A stretch of 64,000 nt of DNA from an uncultured delta proteobacterium (GCA_963766715.1 CAVYBH010000008.1:384001-448000); one strand, 5' to 3'. Shown: positions 10,987 to 21,992, counted from the stretch's first letter. Numbers and translations are program-made. The notes: generated by a model from the letters alone, not told the origin.

Positions 10987-12489
10987 CTAGGGGCGCTTCG
11001 GGTCGGCCCGGGTGACCTTCAGCGCGCCCACCAGCGCGATGGCGTCCTGGCGCGTCCCCCGGCCCAGCGCGATGTGGGTGGCGTCGGCCACCTCCTGGCC
11101 GAAGGTGGGGTCGACCGCGATCCACTCGTCCCCCACCTTCACCTCGGGCCAGGCGTGCCAGTAGAGGCCCGGGCCGCCCTGGCCGTAGTTGGCGTAGACG
11201 AGCCCCTTCACCTCCCGGGCCCGGATGCCGGAGGCCCGCGCGAGCGCCACGAAGAGGCGCGTGTGCTCGGTGCAGTCCCCCTTGCCCTGCCGCAGGATCT
11301 CGCTGGCCCGGTCGCGGCTCTGCCCGTAGACCTTCTCCATGCGGGAGTAGACCTCGTGGACGAGCTTCCGCGTCGCCGCCCAGGTGCCGGGGACGTTCCC
11401 CACCGTGGCCGCGGCCAGCGCGCGGATCTCCGGGTGGTCCCAGTCGATCTCGATGGTGGTGGCCTGGTCCTCGTCGCCCCGCTCGGCCGGCTTGCCCCGG
11501 GGGACGTCTCGCCCCGGCGCCTGGGCCGCCGGTTCCCGCGCGGTGACGGTGAGGACGGTCTCCCCCTCGGCGCCCGGCCTGGCGCGCTGCCGCGGGTCGT
11601 CGAGGTCGAAGCCCCTGGGCACGCCGCGCAGCCCGTAGGTGATGGTCATCGGGACCTGGCGCGGCAGGGGCCCGGGCAGGGCCACCCGGAGCGTGCTGAA
11701 GAGGTCGACGATGTCGAGGCGCCGGGCCAGCTCGGCCGGCTCCACCTTGATGACCATGCCGTCGCCGACCCGGGTCTCGAGGATCCGCAGGTCGTCGGAG
11801 ACGAGCACCCGCGGCGCGACCCGGTCGCCGTCCTCCAGCTCCTCGACGATCGAGACCGGGACCTCGACGCCAGCCCCCCCGATCGTGGTGCGCCCCACGT
11901 ACCGGTTGGTCATGCGCTTCACGCGAAGGTCGTCCGACTGGAGCTGCGGCCCGGTCACCGGCTTGCAGGTCAGCGCCGCGAGCCGGGAGGCCTCGAGCTG
12001 CTCGACCGTCTCGCCGGGGTTCGGGATCTCGCTCGTCTTCTTGCCGTCGGCGGCGGAGACCTCGGCCTTGCAGGTCTTCGGCCCGCAGGTCACGAGCAGG
12101 CTGCGGTCGCCGCCGTCGCCCCGGAACCCGGCCCGCAACGACAGGAGCCGCCCGCCGCGCCCGGACTCGTAGACCCGCTCCTCGTTCGCCTCGCGCCTGA
12201 CCTGGCGCGTCCCGACCATCACCTCGACGAGCATCTCCTGGCGGGCCACCCGCACGCTCTTGCCGCCGCGCTGCTCCGCCACGGTGGAGGTGCGGAGCCA
12301 GCCGACCTTCTTGTCGCCCACGTAGAGCCCGTACCACTCCGGCTCCTTCTGGAGCGGCAGGTCGAGCACGGTCGCCGAGGGGCGGCAGTGCGCGTTCGCC
12401 GGGGGGGCGTCCTTGGCCGGGGGAGCCCCCTCCGCCGGAGCGGAGAAGGCCAGCAGGGCCGACACGAGGGTCCAGGCAGTGGCTCTCAT
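10987..12489 (-). CDS. Secreted transglutaminase-like domain protein
   Basis: Signal peptide; triad motifs GDCTEH, HAWPEV, VDPT. Confidence 0.8.
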   Translation of the reverse strand: MRATAWTLVSALLAFSAPAEGAPPAKDAPPANAHCRPSATVLDLPLQKEPEWYGLYVGDKKVGWLRTSTVAEQRGGKSVRVARQEMLVEVMVGTRQVRREANEERVYESGRGGRLLSLRAGFRGDGGDRSLLVTCGPKTCKAEVSAADGKKTSEIPNPGETVEQLEASRLAALTCKPVTGPQLQSDDLRVKRMTNRYVGRTTIGGAGVEVPVSIVEELEDGDRVAPRVLVSDDLRILETRVGDGMVIKVEPAELARRLDIVDLFSTLRVALPGPLPRQVPMTITYGLRGVPRGFDLDDPRQRARPGAEGETVLTVTAREPAAQAPGRDVPRGKPAERGDEDQATTIEIDWDHPEIRALAAATVGNVPGTWAATRKLVHEVYSRMEKVYGQSRDRASEILRQGKGDCTEHTRLFVALARASGIRAREVKGLVYANYGQGGPGLYWHAWPEVKVGDEWIAVDPTFGQEVADATHIALGRGTRQDAIALVGALKVTRADPKRP

Positions 12490-12551
12490 GGTCGAGCGAA
12501 CTTCTAGCAGAAACTGGCAATTCCCTCCGGGCGGGTCTTTGATCCTCGCCG

Positions 12552-13158
12552 ATGAGCGTCATCTGGGTGCTGCTCCTCGTCGCCTCGGTCGCGGTGGCGG
12601 CCGCCACCGGTCACATGGGGGCGTTGCCCGGGGCCATCGCCGAGTCGGCGGGGCGCGCCGTCACCCTCTCCATCGGCCTGGCCGGCGTGCTCGCGCTCTG
12701 GCTCGGCCTCATGAAGGTGGCGGAGGAGGCCGGCCTGGTCCGCGCGCTCGGCCGCCTGGCCCGCCCGGTGCTCCGCCGCCTCTTCCCCTCCGTCCCGTCC
12801 GACTCGCCCGCCATGGGGGCGATGACGATGAACATCGCCGCCAACATGCTCGGCCTGGGCAACGCGGCCACGCCCTTCGGGATCAAGGCCATGGAGGAGC
12901 TGGAGCGCGACGAATCCCACGCCGGGCACGGCCACCGACGCCCAGGCGCTCTTCTGCGCGCTCAACACCGCCAGCATCCAGCTCATCCCGGCGAGCGTCA
13001 TCGCGCTGCGCGCCGCCGCCGGGGCGCGGCAGCCCGCCGACATCCTGGGAGCGACCCTCGTCGCCTCGACCTGCGCCACCGTCGCGGCCGTGGCCTCGGC
13101 CTGGGCGCTTCGCCGCCTCTTCCCCGCCCCGCCTCCCTCCGGGCCTCCCCGATGCTGA
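12552..13158 (+). CDS. spmA: Spore maturation protein A / nucleoside recognition domain protein; frameshift near 12910
   Basis: LWLGLMKVAE, NIAANMLGLGNAATPFGIKAMEEL, LNTASIQLIP. Confidence 0.8.
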
Positions 13159-13693
13159 GGAGCGCGCTCGAGGCCCTCTCGACCTGGGCCATCCCGCTGG
13201 TCGTGGCCGGGGTCCCGCTCTACGCCCTCACACGGAAGGTGAAGGTGTACCCGGTCTTCGTGGAGGGGGCGAAGGAGGGGTTCCAGGTCGCGGTGCGCGT
13301 CATCCCCCCGCTCGTGGCGGTGGTGGTGGCGCTGGGGATGCTGCGCGCCTCCGGGGCCATGGACGCGCTGGCCAGCCGCGCTCGCGCCGCTCACCTCGCG
13401 CCTCGGCATCCCGGCCCCCGTCCTCCCGATGGTGCTCGTGCGCCCCCTCTCGGGCGGCGCCGCCCTCGGGGTGGTGGCCGACGTCTTGCGGTCCGACGGT
13501 CCCGACTCGTACGCGGGACGCCTCGCCTCGGTCATGGCCGGGATCGACCGAGACCACCTTCTACGTGCTGGCGGTCTACTTCGGGGCGGCGGGCGTGACC
13601 CGCTACCGCCAGGCCCTGCCCGCCGCGCTGCTCGCCGACGTGGCCGGGTTCGCCGCCTCGGTGGTGACCGTGCGGTTCCTCTTCGGGCCCTAG
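13152..13693 (+). CDS. spmB: Spore maturation protein B; frameshifts near 13380 and 13545
   Basis: KVYPVFVEGAKEG, RPLSGG, GPDS, TETTFYVLAVYFG. Confidence 0.8.
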
Positions 13694-14175
13694 CTAGCCT
13701 CGATTCCCACCTCGACCACGGTGGGCTCGAGCACCCGCACGAGCTCCCGGGGATCGATCCCCACCAGGAACCCGCGCGACCCGCCGTTCACGTAGATGCG
13801 CGGCAGCTCGAGCACCGTCTTCTCCACGCAGACCGGCATCCGCTTGCGGGTCCCGAAGGGGCTCGTCCCTCCGACCTGGTATCCGCTGTGGCGGTTGGCC
13901 ACCTCCGGCTTGCAAATCTGGACCGACCGGCGCCCCAGCTGCCGCGCCAGCGACTTCGTCGACACCTCCCGGTCGCCGTGCATGAGCACGACCACCGGCT
14001 CGCCCTGGTCGTCCTCCATCACCAGCGTCTTCACCACGGCGTGCTCGTCCACGCCCAGCTCGCGCGAGGAGACCGCGGTGCCGCCCTTCTCCTCGTACCG
14101 GTAGAGGTGCTCGGTGTACGCCACGCCCTTCTCCCGGAGCAGGCGCGTGGCCGCGGTCGACGGTGCCTTACCCAT
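13690..14175 (-). CDS. ybaK: Cys-tRNA(Pro) deacylase
   Basis: VVKTLV, SGYQVGGTSPFG, NGGSRG. Confidence 0.9.
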   Translation of the reverse strand: MGKAPSTAATRLLREKGVAYTEHLYRYEEKGGTAVSSRELGVDEHAVVKTLVMEDDQGEPVVVLMHGDREVSTKSLARQLGRRSVQICKPEVANRHSGYQVGGTSPFGTRKRMPVCVEKTVLELPRIYVNGGSRGFLVGIDPRELVRVLEPTVVEVGIEAS

Positions 14176-14245
14176 GTGGCGAGCCTAGCGCAGGTCGGCC
14201 CCGGGATAGCATGCGCGCGGGGCACGGCGCCCCGGGAGGTCCACC

Positions 14246-15811
14246 TTGCGCTGGTTCGTCCGCGGCGACGTCGACGGGTTCTTCGGGCTGGCCCTCGACA
14301 ACCTGGTCCAGCTGCTCGTCATCGACGCGCTGTGCCGGCACGTCCTCGGCTTCCCGGCGGAGCTCGTCCGGGGCACGATCCTCCCGGGCGCGGCCATCTC
14401 GGTGCTGGTCGGCAACCTCTTCTACGCCTGGCAGGCCATGCGGCTGGCGCGGCGCACCGGCCGCAAGGACGTCACCGCCCTGCCCTTCGGGATCAACACC
14501 GTCTCCCTGTTCGCCTACGTCTTCCTGGTCATGCTGCCGGCCCGGATGGTGGCCCAGGCCGCCGGGGCCGCCGACCCGGCCCGGGTGGCCTGGCAGGCGG
14601 GCATGGTGGCCTGCCTCGGATCCGGCTTCATCGAGCTCGCCGGTGCGCTCTTCGCCGAGCGCGTCCGCAAGGCCACCCCGCGCGCCGCGCTCCTCTCCAC
14701 GCTGGCCGGCATCGCGCTGGGGTTCATCTCGCTCGGCTTCCTGCTGCAGGCCTTCGCCCGCCCCATCGTCGGCTTCGCCACGCTGGGGGTCGTGCTCGTC
14801 ACCTACTTCGGGCGGGTGCGCTTCCGGGGGCGCCTGCCCGGAGGGCTGGTGGCGGTGGCGCTCGGCACCGCGCTCGCCTGGGCCACCGGGATCGCGCCGG
14901 TGGGACCGCGCCCGGACGCGGCCGCCGCCTGGTCGCCGCCCCACCCCGCCCTGGGCGCCCTCTGGGAGGCGCTCCGCGGCGGCTACCTCACCACCTACCT
15001 GTCGGTCATCCTCCCCATGGGGCTCTTCACGCTGGTCGGCTCGCTCCAGAACGTGGAGTCGGCCGAGGCCGCCGGCGACGCCTACCCCACCCTTCCGTCA
15101 CTCAGCGTGAACGGCGCCAGCACGGTGGTGGCGGCGATGCTGGGATCCTGCTTCCCGACCACCCTCTACATCGGCCACCCGGGCTGGAAGGCGCTGGGCG
15201 CGCGCGCCGGCTACTCGGTGCTGAACGGCGCCTTCGTGACCGCCGTGGCGCTCTCCGGCACGCTCTCCTGGATCGTCTGGGCGGTCCCCATCGACGCCGG
15301 GCTCGCCATCGTGATCTGGATCGGCGTCATCATCTCGGCCCAGGCCTTCCAGGCCGTCCCGCGGGAGCACGCGCCGGCCGTGGTCATGGGGCTCCTGCCC
15401 GGCATCGCCGCCTGGGGCGTCCTCATGGCCAAGGCCGGCCTCCGGGCCGCCGGGGTCGGGGCGCCGGGCGGGCCGCCGCTCTCCGAGGCGGTCGTCGACG
15501 CCTTCCAGCGGTCCGACGTCTGGATGCGGGGCGGGTTCGCGCTCGACCAGGGATTCATCTTCACCGCCATGATCCTGTCGGCGGGGACGGTGATGATCAT
15601 CGAGCGCCGCTTCCTGCGGGCCTCGGCCTGGTTCGCCGCCGGCGCGGTCCTCTCCGCCGCCGGGCTCGTGCACTCCTTCCGGCTGACCGGACAGGACGCC
15701 GTGCTCCACCTGGCGCCGGCCTGGCCCTACGCGGCCGGCTACGCCTTCGTGGCCGCGCTGCTGGCCGCCGCCCCGCTCCTCACCGAGCCGGACGACGCCG
15801 CGCACGGGTGA
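14246..15811 (+). CDS. NCS2 family (nucleobase:cation symporter-like) permease
   Basis: GDVDGFFGLALDN, TALPFGIN, QNVESAEAAGD, YIGHPGWKALGAR; many TM segments. Confidence 0.8.
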   Translation: MRWFVRGDVDGFFGLALDNLVQLLVIDALCRHVLGFPAELVRGTILPGAAISVLVGNLFYAWQAMRLARRTGRKDVTALPFGINTVSLFAYVFLVMLPARMVAQAAGAADPARVAWQAGMVACLGSGFIELAGALFAERVRKATPRAALLSTLAGIALGFISLGFLLQAFARPIVGFATLGVVLVTYFGRVRFRGRLPGGLVAVALGTALAWATGIAPVGPRPDAAAAWSPPHPALGALWEALRGGYLTTYLSVILPMGLFTLVGSLQNVESAEAAGDAYPTLPSLSVNGASTVVAAMLGSCFPTTLYIGHPGWKALGARAGYSVLNGAFVTAVALSGTLSWIVWAVPIDAGLAIVIWIGVIISAQAFQAVPREHAPAVVMGLLPGIAAWGVLMAKAGLRAAGVGAPGGPPLSEAVVDAFQRSDVWMRGGFALDQGFIFTAMILSAGTVMIIERRFLRASAWFAAGAVLSAAGLVHSFRLTGQDAVLHLAPAWPYAAGYAFVAALLAAAPLLTEPDDAAHG

Positions 15812-15818
15812 CCGGGCG

Positions 15819-17261
15819 CTACCGCTCGTTCACCGGCGCGAAGAAGCTCACCCCGCGGACGTTCTCCTGCACCTTGAGCGGGTGCTGGATGGGCGGGAAG
15901 GCGCGCTGCTCGCAGTCGGTCCGCTCGCAGAGGCGGCAGGTGAGCCCCACCGGGACCACCGCCTCGCGCGAGTCGAGGTTCATCCCGTCGGCGTAGACCA
16001 TCTTGCGGGCGTGCCCGACCTCGCAGCCGATGGCGATGGCGAGCGGCGTGCGCGGCGCGTGGTAGCCGCCGCCCTCCTTGTACACCGAGCGTGCAACCCA
16101 GAAGTAGGTGGTGCCGTCGGGCATCTGGGAGAGCTGCGTGCGGATCATCCCGGGGGTGAGGAAGGCCTGGAAGACGTTCCAGCGCGGGCAGGCGCCGGAG
16201 AAGCGGGCGAAGCGCAGCCCCGAGGCGGAGAAGCGCTTGGAGATGTTGCCGGCGATGTCCACCCGGACGAAGTGGATGGGGATCCCCTCGGCGCCGGGGC
16301 GGCGGAGGGTGGTGAGCCGGTGGCAGACCTGCTCGTAGCTGGTGCGGAAGCGGTGGCCGAGCAGGTCGATGTCGTAGCGCTCCTGCCGGGCGGCATCCAG
16401 GAACGGGCCGTACGGCATGAGCACGGCGGAGGCGAAGTAGTTGGCGAGCAGGACCCGGGCCAGCGCCCGCGCCGAGTCGCTCGTGAGCAGCGGGTCGGAG
16501 GCGTAGCGCCCCAGCGCGGCCTGCTGGGTCTCGAGCCCGATCTGGTAGGCGAGGTGGAAGTTGCGCGAGCCGCGCCGCAGCACCTCGGAGAGGTAGAGCA
16601 CCCGCTTCTCGGGGTCGAAGCGCCGGATGGCGTCCCCCATGTCGGCGGTGCGCTCGATCTTCACCTGGATGCCGTGGACGCGGAGCAGCTGGTGCTCGAG
16701 CCCCTGCTGCAGGTCGTCCCCGCCCAGCCGCGCCTCGCGCCAGAGGTGCTCGGCCCCCTCCTCCATCTCCGGGAAGTGGTTGGTGTGGCGCTGGATGAGG
16801 TCGGAGACCTCCTCGGTGGGCATGCGGGACGAGTCGACGCCCGTCAGGTCGCCGCGCCCCGAGATCTTGATGGCCAGGTTGTCCGCCGCCTCCCGGGCCT
16901 CGCGGAACGCGTGGTAGAGCTTCAGGACCCCGCGCGAGGCGGTGGGCGCGTGGGAGGCCAGGTCGCGCACCTCGGCGGTGGTCACGTCCTCGTTCTCGAA
17001 GATCGGATCGCCGAACACCTCCATGAGGTCGGCGACGGTCCGCGCGTCCTGCTCGGTGGAGAGCGCCTTCAGGTCGAGGTCGAAGATCTCGGCGATCTTG
17101 ATGAGCAGCGGCGCCGGCATGGCGCGCCGGTTGTGCTCGATCAGGTTCAGGTAGGAGGGCGAGATGCCCAGCCGATCGGCGAGCTGCACCTGGCTGATGC
17201 TCTTCTGGCGGCGAAGCGCCCGGACCTTGGCTCCGAGCAGCGACGCCTCTCGCGGCGGCAT
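15819..17261 (-). CDS. Short-chain fatty acyl-CoA regulator (ScfR/RamB/PrpR-type XRE regulator)
   Basis: HTH ISPSYLNLIEHNRR, SYEQVCHRLTTL, RVDIAGNISKRFS, GACPRWNV, C-terminal CRLCERTDCEQRAFP. Confidence 0.9.
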   Translation of the reverse strand: MPPREASLLGAKVRALRRQKSISQVQLADRLGISPSYLNLIEHNRRAMPAPLLIKIAEIFDLDLKALSTEQDARTVADLMEVFGDPIFENEDVTTAEVRDLASHAPTASRGVLKLYHAFREAREAADNLAIKISGRGDLTGVDSSRMPTEEVSDLIQRHTNHFPEMEEGAEHLWREARLGGDDLQQGLEHQLLRVHGIQVKIERTADMGDAIRRFDPEKRVLYLSEVLRRGSRNFHLAYQIGLETQQAALGRYASDPLLTSDSARALARVLLANYFASAVLMPYGPFLDAARQERYDIDLLGHRFRTSYEQVCHRLTTLRRPGAEGIPIHFVRVDIAGNISKRFSASGLRFARFSGACPRWNVFQAFLTPGMIRTQLSQMPDGTTYFWVARSVYKEGGGYHAPRTPLAIAIGCEVGHARKMVYADGMNLDSREAVVPVGLTCRLCERTDCEQRAFPPIQHPLKVQENVRGVSFFAPVNER

Positions 17262-17369
17262 GCGTGCGCACTCCCTTCGGTTTCCGGTGCGTAGCCTATG
17301 CCTTCGGGGTCGATATTTTCAAGATTTACAGATCGGAGGCCTTCCAGCACCCGGATGTGACAGGACTTT

Positions 17370-18125
17370 TCAGCCCCGAGCGACCCAGGCGGCGAACTCC
17401 CGGTCCAGGTCCTCCGGCGACAGGCCCAGCTCCCCGCGCAGCGCGCGGTCGAAGGGCTCCCCTCCGAGCGTCCGTCGCACGAGCGAGAGCACCTTCCCCC
17501 GGCCCGAGCGCTCCTCCAGGAAGAGCACCGCCGCGTAGGACCTCAGGTAGTCGAGCGGGGAGAGGTCGCCGGCCGACGACGGCAGCGGCAGGAGCGCGCG
17601 CCGGCCGGACGCCTGCTGGAGCTCGGCGACCTGGTTCGGCGCCAGCCGCTCGACGCCGCGGCGCTGCCACGACAGCCGCTCGGCCAGACCCTCCTCGAGC
17701 CAGCGCGGCAGCGAGGCCTGTCCCGGAGCGTCGAGGACGGCGTGCGCCAGCTCGTGGACCACCACGCCCGCGAACCGGTCGTCGAGCCGGGCGCCCCCGT
17801 TCACGTGCACGACGTCGTCCACGTAGCGGGCCGCGTCGAGGCGGGCGGCCTCGGCGCCGAAGGCGCGCTCGAACCCGGCCCGGGAGTGGACCTTCACCGT
17901 GGGTGGCTGGCGCAGCGGCTGCCCGAGGCCGGCCTCGACCCGCGCCCGGGCGTCCTGCACCACGGCCCGGAGCTGCCGCTCGTAGGCCTCCTGGTCGGCC
18001 GGGCGGGCCAGGTCCGGGTCCCAGGCGATCGGCACGTCGGCTGCGCCCGCGCGCGCGCCGGAGACCCCGGCCGCGAGCGCGAGGGCGGCGAGGAGCCAGG
18101 TGCCCGGGGCGCGGCATGCTTCCAC
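17370..18125 (-). CDS. Secreted peptidase MA-like metallohydrolase
   Basis: HELAH zinc motif, PRWLEEGLAE, N-terminal hydrophobic signal. Confidence 0.7.
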   Translation of the reverse strand: MEACRAPGTWLLAALALAAGVSGARAGAADVPIAWDPDLARPADQEAYERQLRAVVQDARARVEAGLGQPLRQPPTVKVHSRAGFERAFGAEAARLDAARYVDDVVHVNGGARLDDRFAGVVVHELAHAVLDAPGQASLPRWLEEGLAERLSWQRRGVERLAPNQVAELQQASGRRALLPLPSSAGDLSPLDYLRSYAAVLFLEERSGRGKVLSLVRRTLGGEPFDRALRGELGLSPEDLDREFAAWVARG

Positions 18126-18173
18126 GTCGCGAATGATACCGGCCGCCCTGCGCTCCGGGTAGAGTGCGCCCCC

Positions 18174-19661
18174 ATGACGTCCCCCACCCCGGGCAGCGGG
18201 CCCAGCCGGAAGATCGCCTTCACCACGCTCTTCCTCGTCGAGATGTGGGAGCGCTTCGGCTACTACGGCATGACCGCCGTCGTGCTCCTCTACATGGTGG
18301 AGAAGCTCGGCTACGGCGACGACCGGGCCAACCTCACCTTCGGCGCGTTCACCGCCATGGTGTACGCCGCGCCGGCCCTGGGGGGCTGGATCGGCGACCG
18401 CGTGCTGGGAAGCCGCCGGATGACCGTGATCGGCGCGCTGGTGCTGACGCTCGGCTACGTGCTCCTCGCGATCCCGGGCGGTCCGCTCTTCGCGGCGCTC
18501 GGGGTGGTGGCGGTGGGCAACGGCCTCTTCAAGGCCAACCCGGCCAACCTGGTCTCGAAGGTGTACGAGGGAGAGCCGTCCAAGGTCGACAGCGCCTTCA
18601 CGCTCTACTACATGGCCGTCAACGTCGGGGCGACCTTCTCCCAGATCCTCACCCCGCTCATCGCCATCTGGGCCGGCTGGCACGCGGCCTTCGGCGTCTG
18701 CGCCGCGGGGATGCTGCTCTCGATCGTGAACTACCTCTTCATGCGCCGCCACCTGGCGCACGTCGGCTCGCCGCCCGACTTCGCGCCGCTCGACCTGCGC
18801 AAGCTCGCGCTCGTGCTCCTGGGCGCCGCGGCGGCCGCCGCCGGCGTGACCGTGGTGGTCCAGAACCTGGGGCTCGCCCGCGTGGTGATCACCGCCGCGT
18901 CGATCGCCATGCTGGGGATCTTCGGCGTGCTCATCGCCCGCGGCTCGCCGCAGGAGCGCAAGGGGCTCGTGGCGGTCTTCCTGCTCACCGCGCAGGGCAT
19001 CCTCTTCTTCATCTTCTACCAGCAGATGTCGACGTCGCTCACGCTCTTCGCGCTCCGGAACGTCGACCTCAAGTTCTTCCTGGGCTACGAGATCCCGCCG
19101 GGTCAGCTCCAGGCGCTCAACCCCATCTGGATCTTCGTCCTCGGGCCGATCGTGGCCTGGGGCTACGACCGCCTGGCGCGCGGCCGCGGGGACTTCTCCA
19201 TCGCGACCAAGTTCGCGATGGGGTTCGCCGTCCTGGCGATCGGCTTCTTCGCCTTCGGCCTCTCCGGGCGCTTCGCCCACGAGGGGAAGGTCTCGGTCTG
19301 GTGGATGATCGGGGGCTACGGCCTCTACTCGCTGGGCGAGATCCTGATCAGCGGGCTCGGGCTCGCGATGGTGGCGCGCTACGTGGGGCCGAAGATGCGC
19401 GGCTTCGTGATGGGGCTCTGGTTCCTGGCCACCGGGATCTCCCAGTACCTGGGCAGCTTCGTCGCCAACTACGCGAGCGTGCCTGCGAACGTCACGAACC
19501 CGCTCGAGACGCTCCCGCTCTACACCCGGCTCTTCCTGGGGCTGGGCGCGGTCGCGACGCTGGGGACGCTCGCCGCCATCGCCATGCTCCCGCTCATGCG
19601 GCGGCTGTCGGCCTCCGGGCCCGGCGAGGCCGCGAAGGAAGCCGCGGCCGACGTGGCCTGA
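18174..19661 (+). CDS. Proton-dependent oligopeptide transporter (POT/PTR family)
   Basis: ExxERFxYY motif (EMWERFGYYGM), GNGLFKAN, YYMAVNVG, QALNP. Confidence 0.92.
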   Translation: MTSPTPGSGPSRKIAFTTLFLVEMWERFGYYGMTAVVLLYMVEKLGYGDDRANLTFGAFTAMVYAAPALGGWIGDRVLGSRRMTVIGALVLTLGYVLLAIPGGPLFAALGVVAVGNGLFKANPANLVSKVYEGEPSKVDSAFTLYYMAVNVGATFSQILTPLIAIWAGWHAAFGVCAAGMLLSIVNYLFMRRHLAHVGSPPDFAPLDLRKLALVLLGAAAAAAGVTVVVQNLGLARVVITAASIAMLGIFGVLIARGSPQERKGLVAVFLLTAQGILFFIFYQQMSTSLTLFALRNVDLKFFLGYEIPPGQLQALNPIWIFVLGPIVAWGYDRLARGRGDFSIATKFAMGFAVLAIGFFAFGLSGRFAHEGKVSVWWMIGGYGLYSLGEILISGLGLAMVARYVGPKMRGFVMGLWFLATGISQYLGSFVANYASVPANVTNPLETLPLYTRLFLGLGAVATLGTLAAIAMLPLMRRLSASGPGEAAKEAAADVA

Positions 19662-19668
19662 CCCGGCC

Positions 19669-21917
19669 TCAGCGGGTCGCGGCCTGCGGGGGCGCCCTGC
19701 CGAGCTCGGCGACGAGCGCCCTCGCCTCGAGCAGCGGGGGCCAGTCCGGGTCGGGATGGTGGAGCGGCGCCTGGAAGCGGTCGAGCTCGGCCCGGGCCTC
19801 CTCGTCGCGACCCAGCCGGTGGAGGGACCGGGCGAGCACCACTCGGTACCGGGCGAGGATCCAGGTCTCCGGGATGCTCATCCAGTAGGTCGGGGGGCGC
19901 CGGACGAGCAACGCCACCACCTCCTCGTCCCGTCCCTGCTCGGCGAGCAGCTGCGCGAGCTCGTAGGTGAAGTGGAGCCGACGGAACGTCCGCTCCGCCG
20001 CGGCCAGGTCGCCCCCGTGCCAGGCGACGTAGGCCTCCCAGTACTCGCGGGCCTCGCCAGCCGGGGCCCCGGCGGCGAGCCGGGCGGCCCACTCGTGCTC
20101 CCCGCCGTATTCCAGGTAGGACGCGTACCGGTGGAAGGGTGCGCCCAGGCGCCGGAGCGCGGCGAGGCCCCGCTCGATTGCCTCCCGGTCGCGGTGCAGG
20201 ATGGCCAGGGTGGTGTAGACGTCCCAGGCGTGGATCGCCTTCGACCGGCTCGCCTTCTCGTCGGCGGCCGCCCGCAGCCGGGAGAGCGCCTCCGCCTCGC
20301 GCCCCTGGAGCAGGGAGTTCTTGGCGAGCGCATGCCACGCCTCGACCCGCTGGTCCGCCGGGACCTCGGGAGCGAGCAGCTTCCTCGCCTCGACCTCGGC
20401 CTCGGCGAGGCGCAGATCCCACTGGAGGACGCAGATGTACATGTCGACCGCCTCGGGGTCGCCGCTGCGGGCCTGGCGCCGGGCCAGTGCGATGGCCTCG
20501 TCGGGCTCGTTCCGATCGAGCCGCGCCCAGATGACGAGCCGGGAGTTCTCCGCCGGCCGGGCCTGCGCGGCCCGCTCCGCCACGGCGAGCATCTCGTCCG
20601 GGCGCCCGAGCTGCTGGAAGCAATCGGTCAGGTGATCCGCGGCGGGCGTCCATCCGGGATCCAGCGCGAGCGCCCGCTCGAAGAACGGCCGGGCCAGCTC
20701 GGGCTCGCCGGCGTGGAAGTGGAGGTCGCCGGCCAGGTACTGCACCTCCTTGTCCTGCGGGGCGACCTCGACGGCGCGCCGGTACAGCGCCCGGGCCTCC
20801 TCGGCATGCCCGTCGAGGTGAGCCTTCCAGGCCAGGATGAGGAGCCGCTCCTTCTCCGGGAGGCGCGGGGCGAGCCGGACGGCCGCGGCGATGGCCTGCT
20901 CCTGCCGCTCCCGCGGCAGGCCGATGAACTCGGCCAGGTAGGCGATCTGGTAGTACGCGAGCCCGAAGTCGGGATCGGCGGCGATGGCCTTCTCGTACCA
21001 CTCGACCGCGTCGTTGTAGTCCTTGGCCTGGGTGCCCTGGAAGTAGCTCGAGAACGCGGTGAGGTTGGTGGTGACGGCGGTGCCGACCTCGACGCGCGAG
21101 GCGCGCACCTCCTCCTCGCGCTCGCGCAGCGCCCGCCGGGCCCGGTCGCTCAGCCGGTCGATCATCCCGGGACGCTCCCCTTGCCCGTGCCCTCCTCCTT
21201 CGCGGCGAAGAGGTACTCGCTCGTCGCCGGGTCGAGCGCCTTCAGCTCGATGGCGTACGTCCGGTCGAAGCGATGAACACTCGCCGTGAACAACGCCCGG
21301 GCCCCCGCCCGCATCGCGACCTCGCGACCGAGGGGCTCGTCCAGGCGGGTCACGTCCTCCTTCCCGAGCTGGCGGAGCAGGTCGAGCATCCGGGTCCGCG
21401 TCAGGACCGCGAGGTGGCGGGATTGCTCGAGCGAGGTGATGAGCATGGTCGAGAGACCCTCCAGCTCGGGGTCGCGGGTCTCGTTCGCGAAGTCGGCGAC
21501 GGCGACGGTGATGCGGCTGCTCGGCGGAGCGGGGCGCGGCCAGGACTGCCAGGCGAGGAGCGCCACGGCCGCGACGGCCAGGATCCCGATCGCGGCCCAG
21601 GTCGGCTTCCGCGCCCACCTGCGTCGCACCGGCGGGGCGAAGGCCGGGGACGGGGGGGCCTCGGGCGGCTTCGCGACCGCCGTCCGCTCGATCCCCTCCG
21701 GCCCGAAGTCGAAGATCCAGGCGAGCACCATCGCCACCGGGAAGGCGAGCAGGAGGGTGACCACGACGACGGAGAGCACCCAGTCCGGGAGCTGCAGGCC
21801 GTGGATGATGGGTTCCGACACCTGCAGGACCGCGAACGCCACGATTCCGTAGGCCGCTGCCGCGCGGAAGACCCTCCGCTGGTGAAGCTCCTTCAGGATG
21901 GCGTCGAGCCGGCCCAA
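19669..21917 (-). CDS. Membrane-anchored TPR protein with TolB-N-like domain; frameshift near 21170
   Basis: N-terminal ELHQRRVFRAAAAY...LAWIFD TM segment, VAVADFANET, then TPR repeats (YEKAIAADPDF, FERALALDP). Confidence 0.7.
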
Positions 21918-21992
21918 GGTGCGTCCTCCCGCGGGGAGGAAGCATAACGGGGCCCTGCGCGCGCGCCCGGGCTCCGGCCTGCCAGGCGCCGA

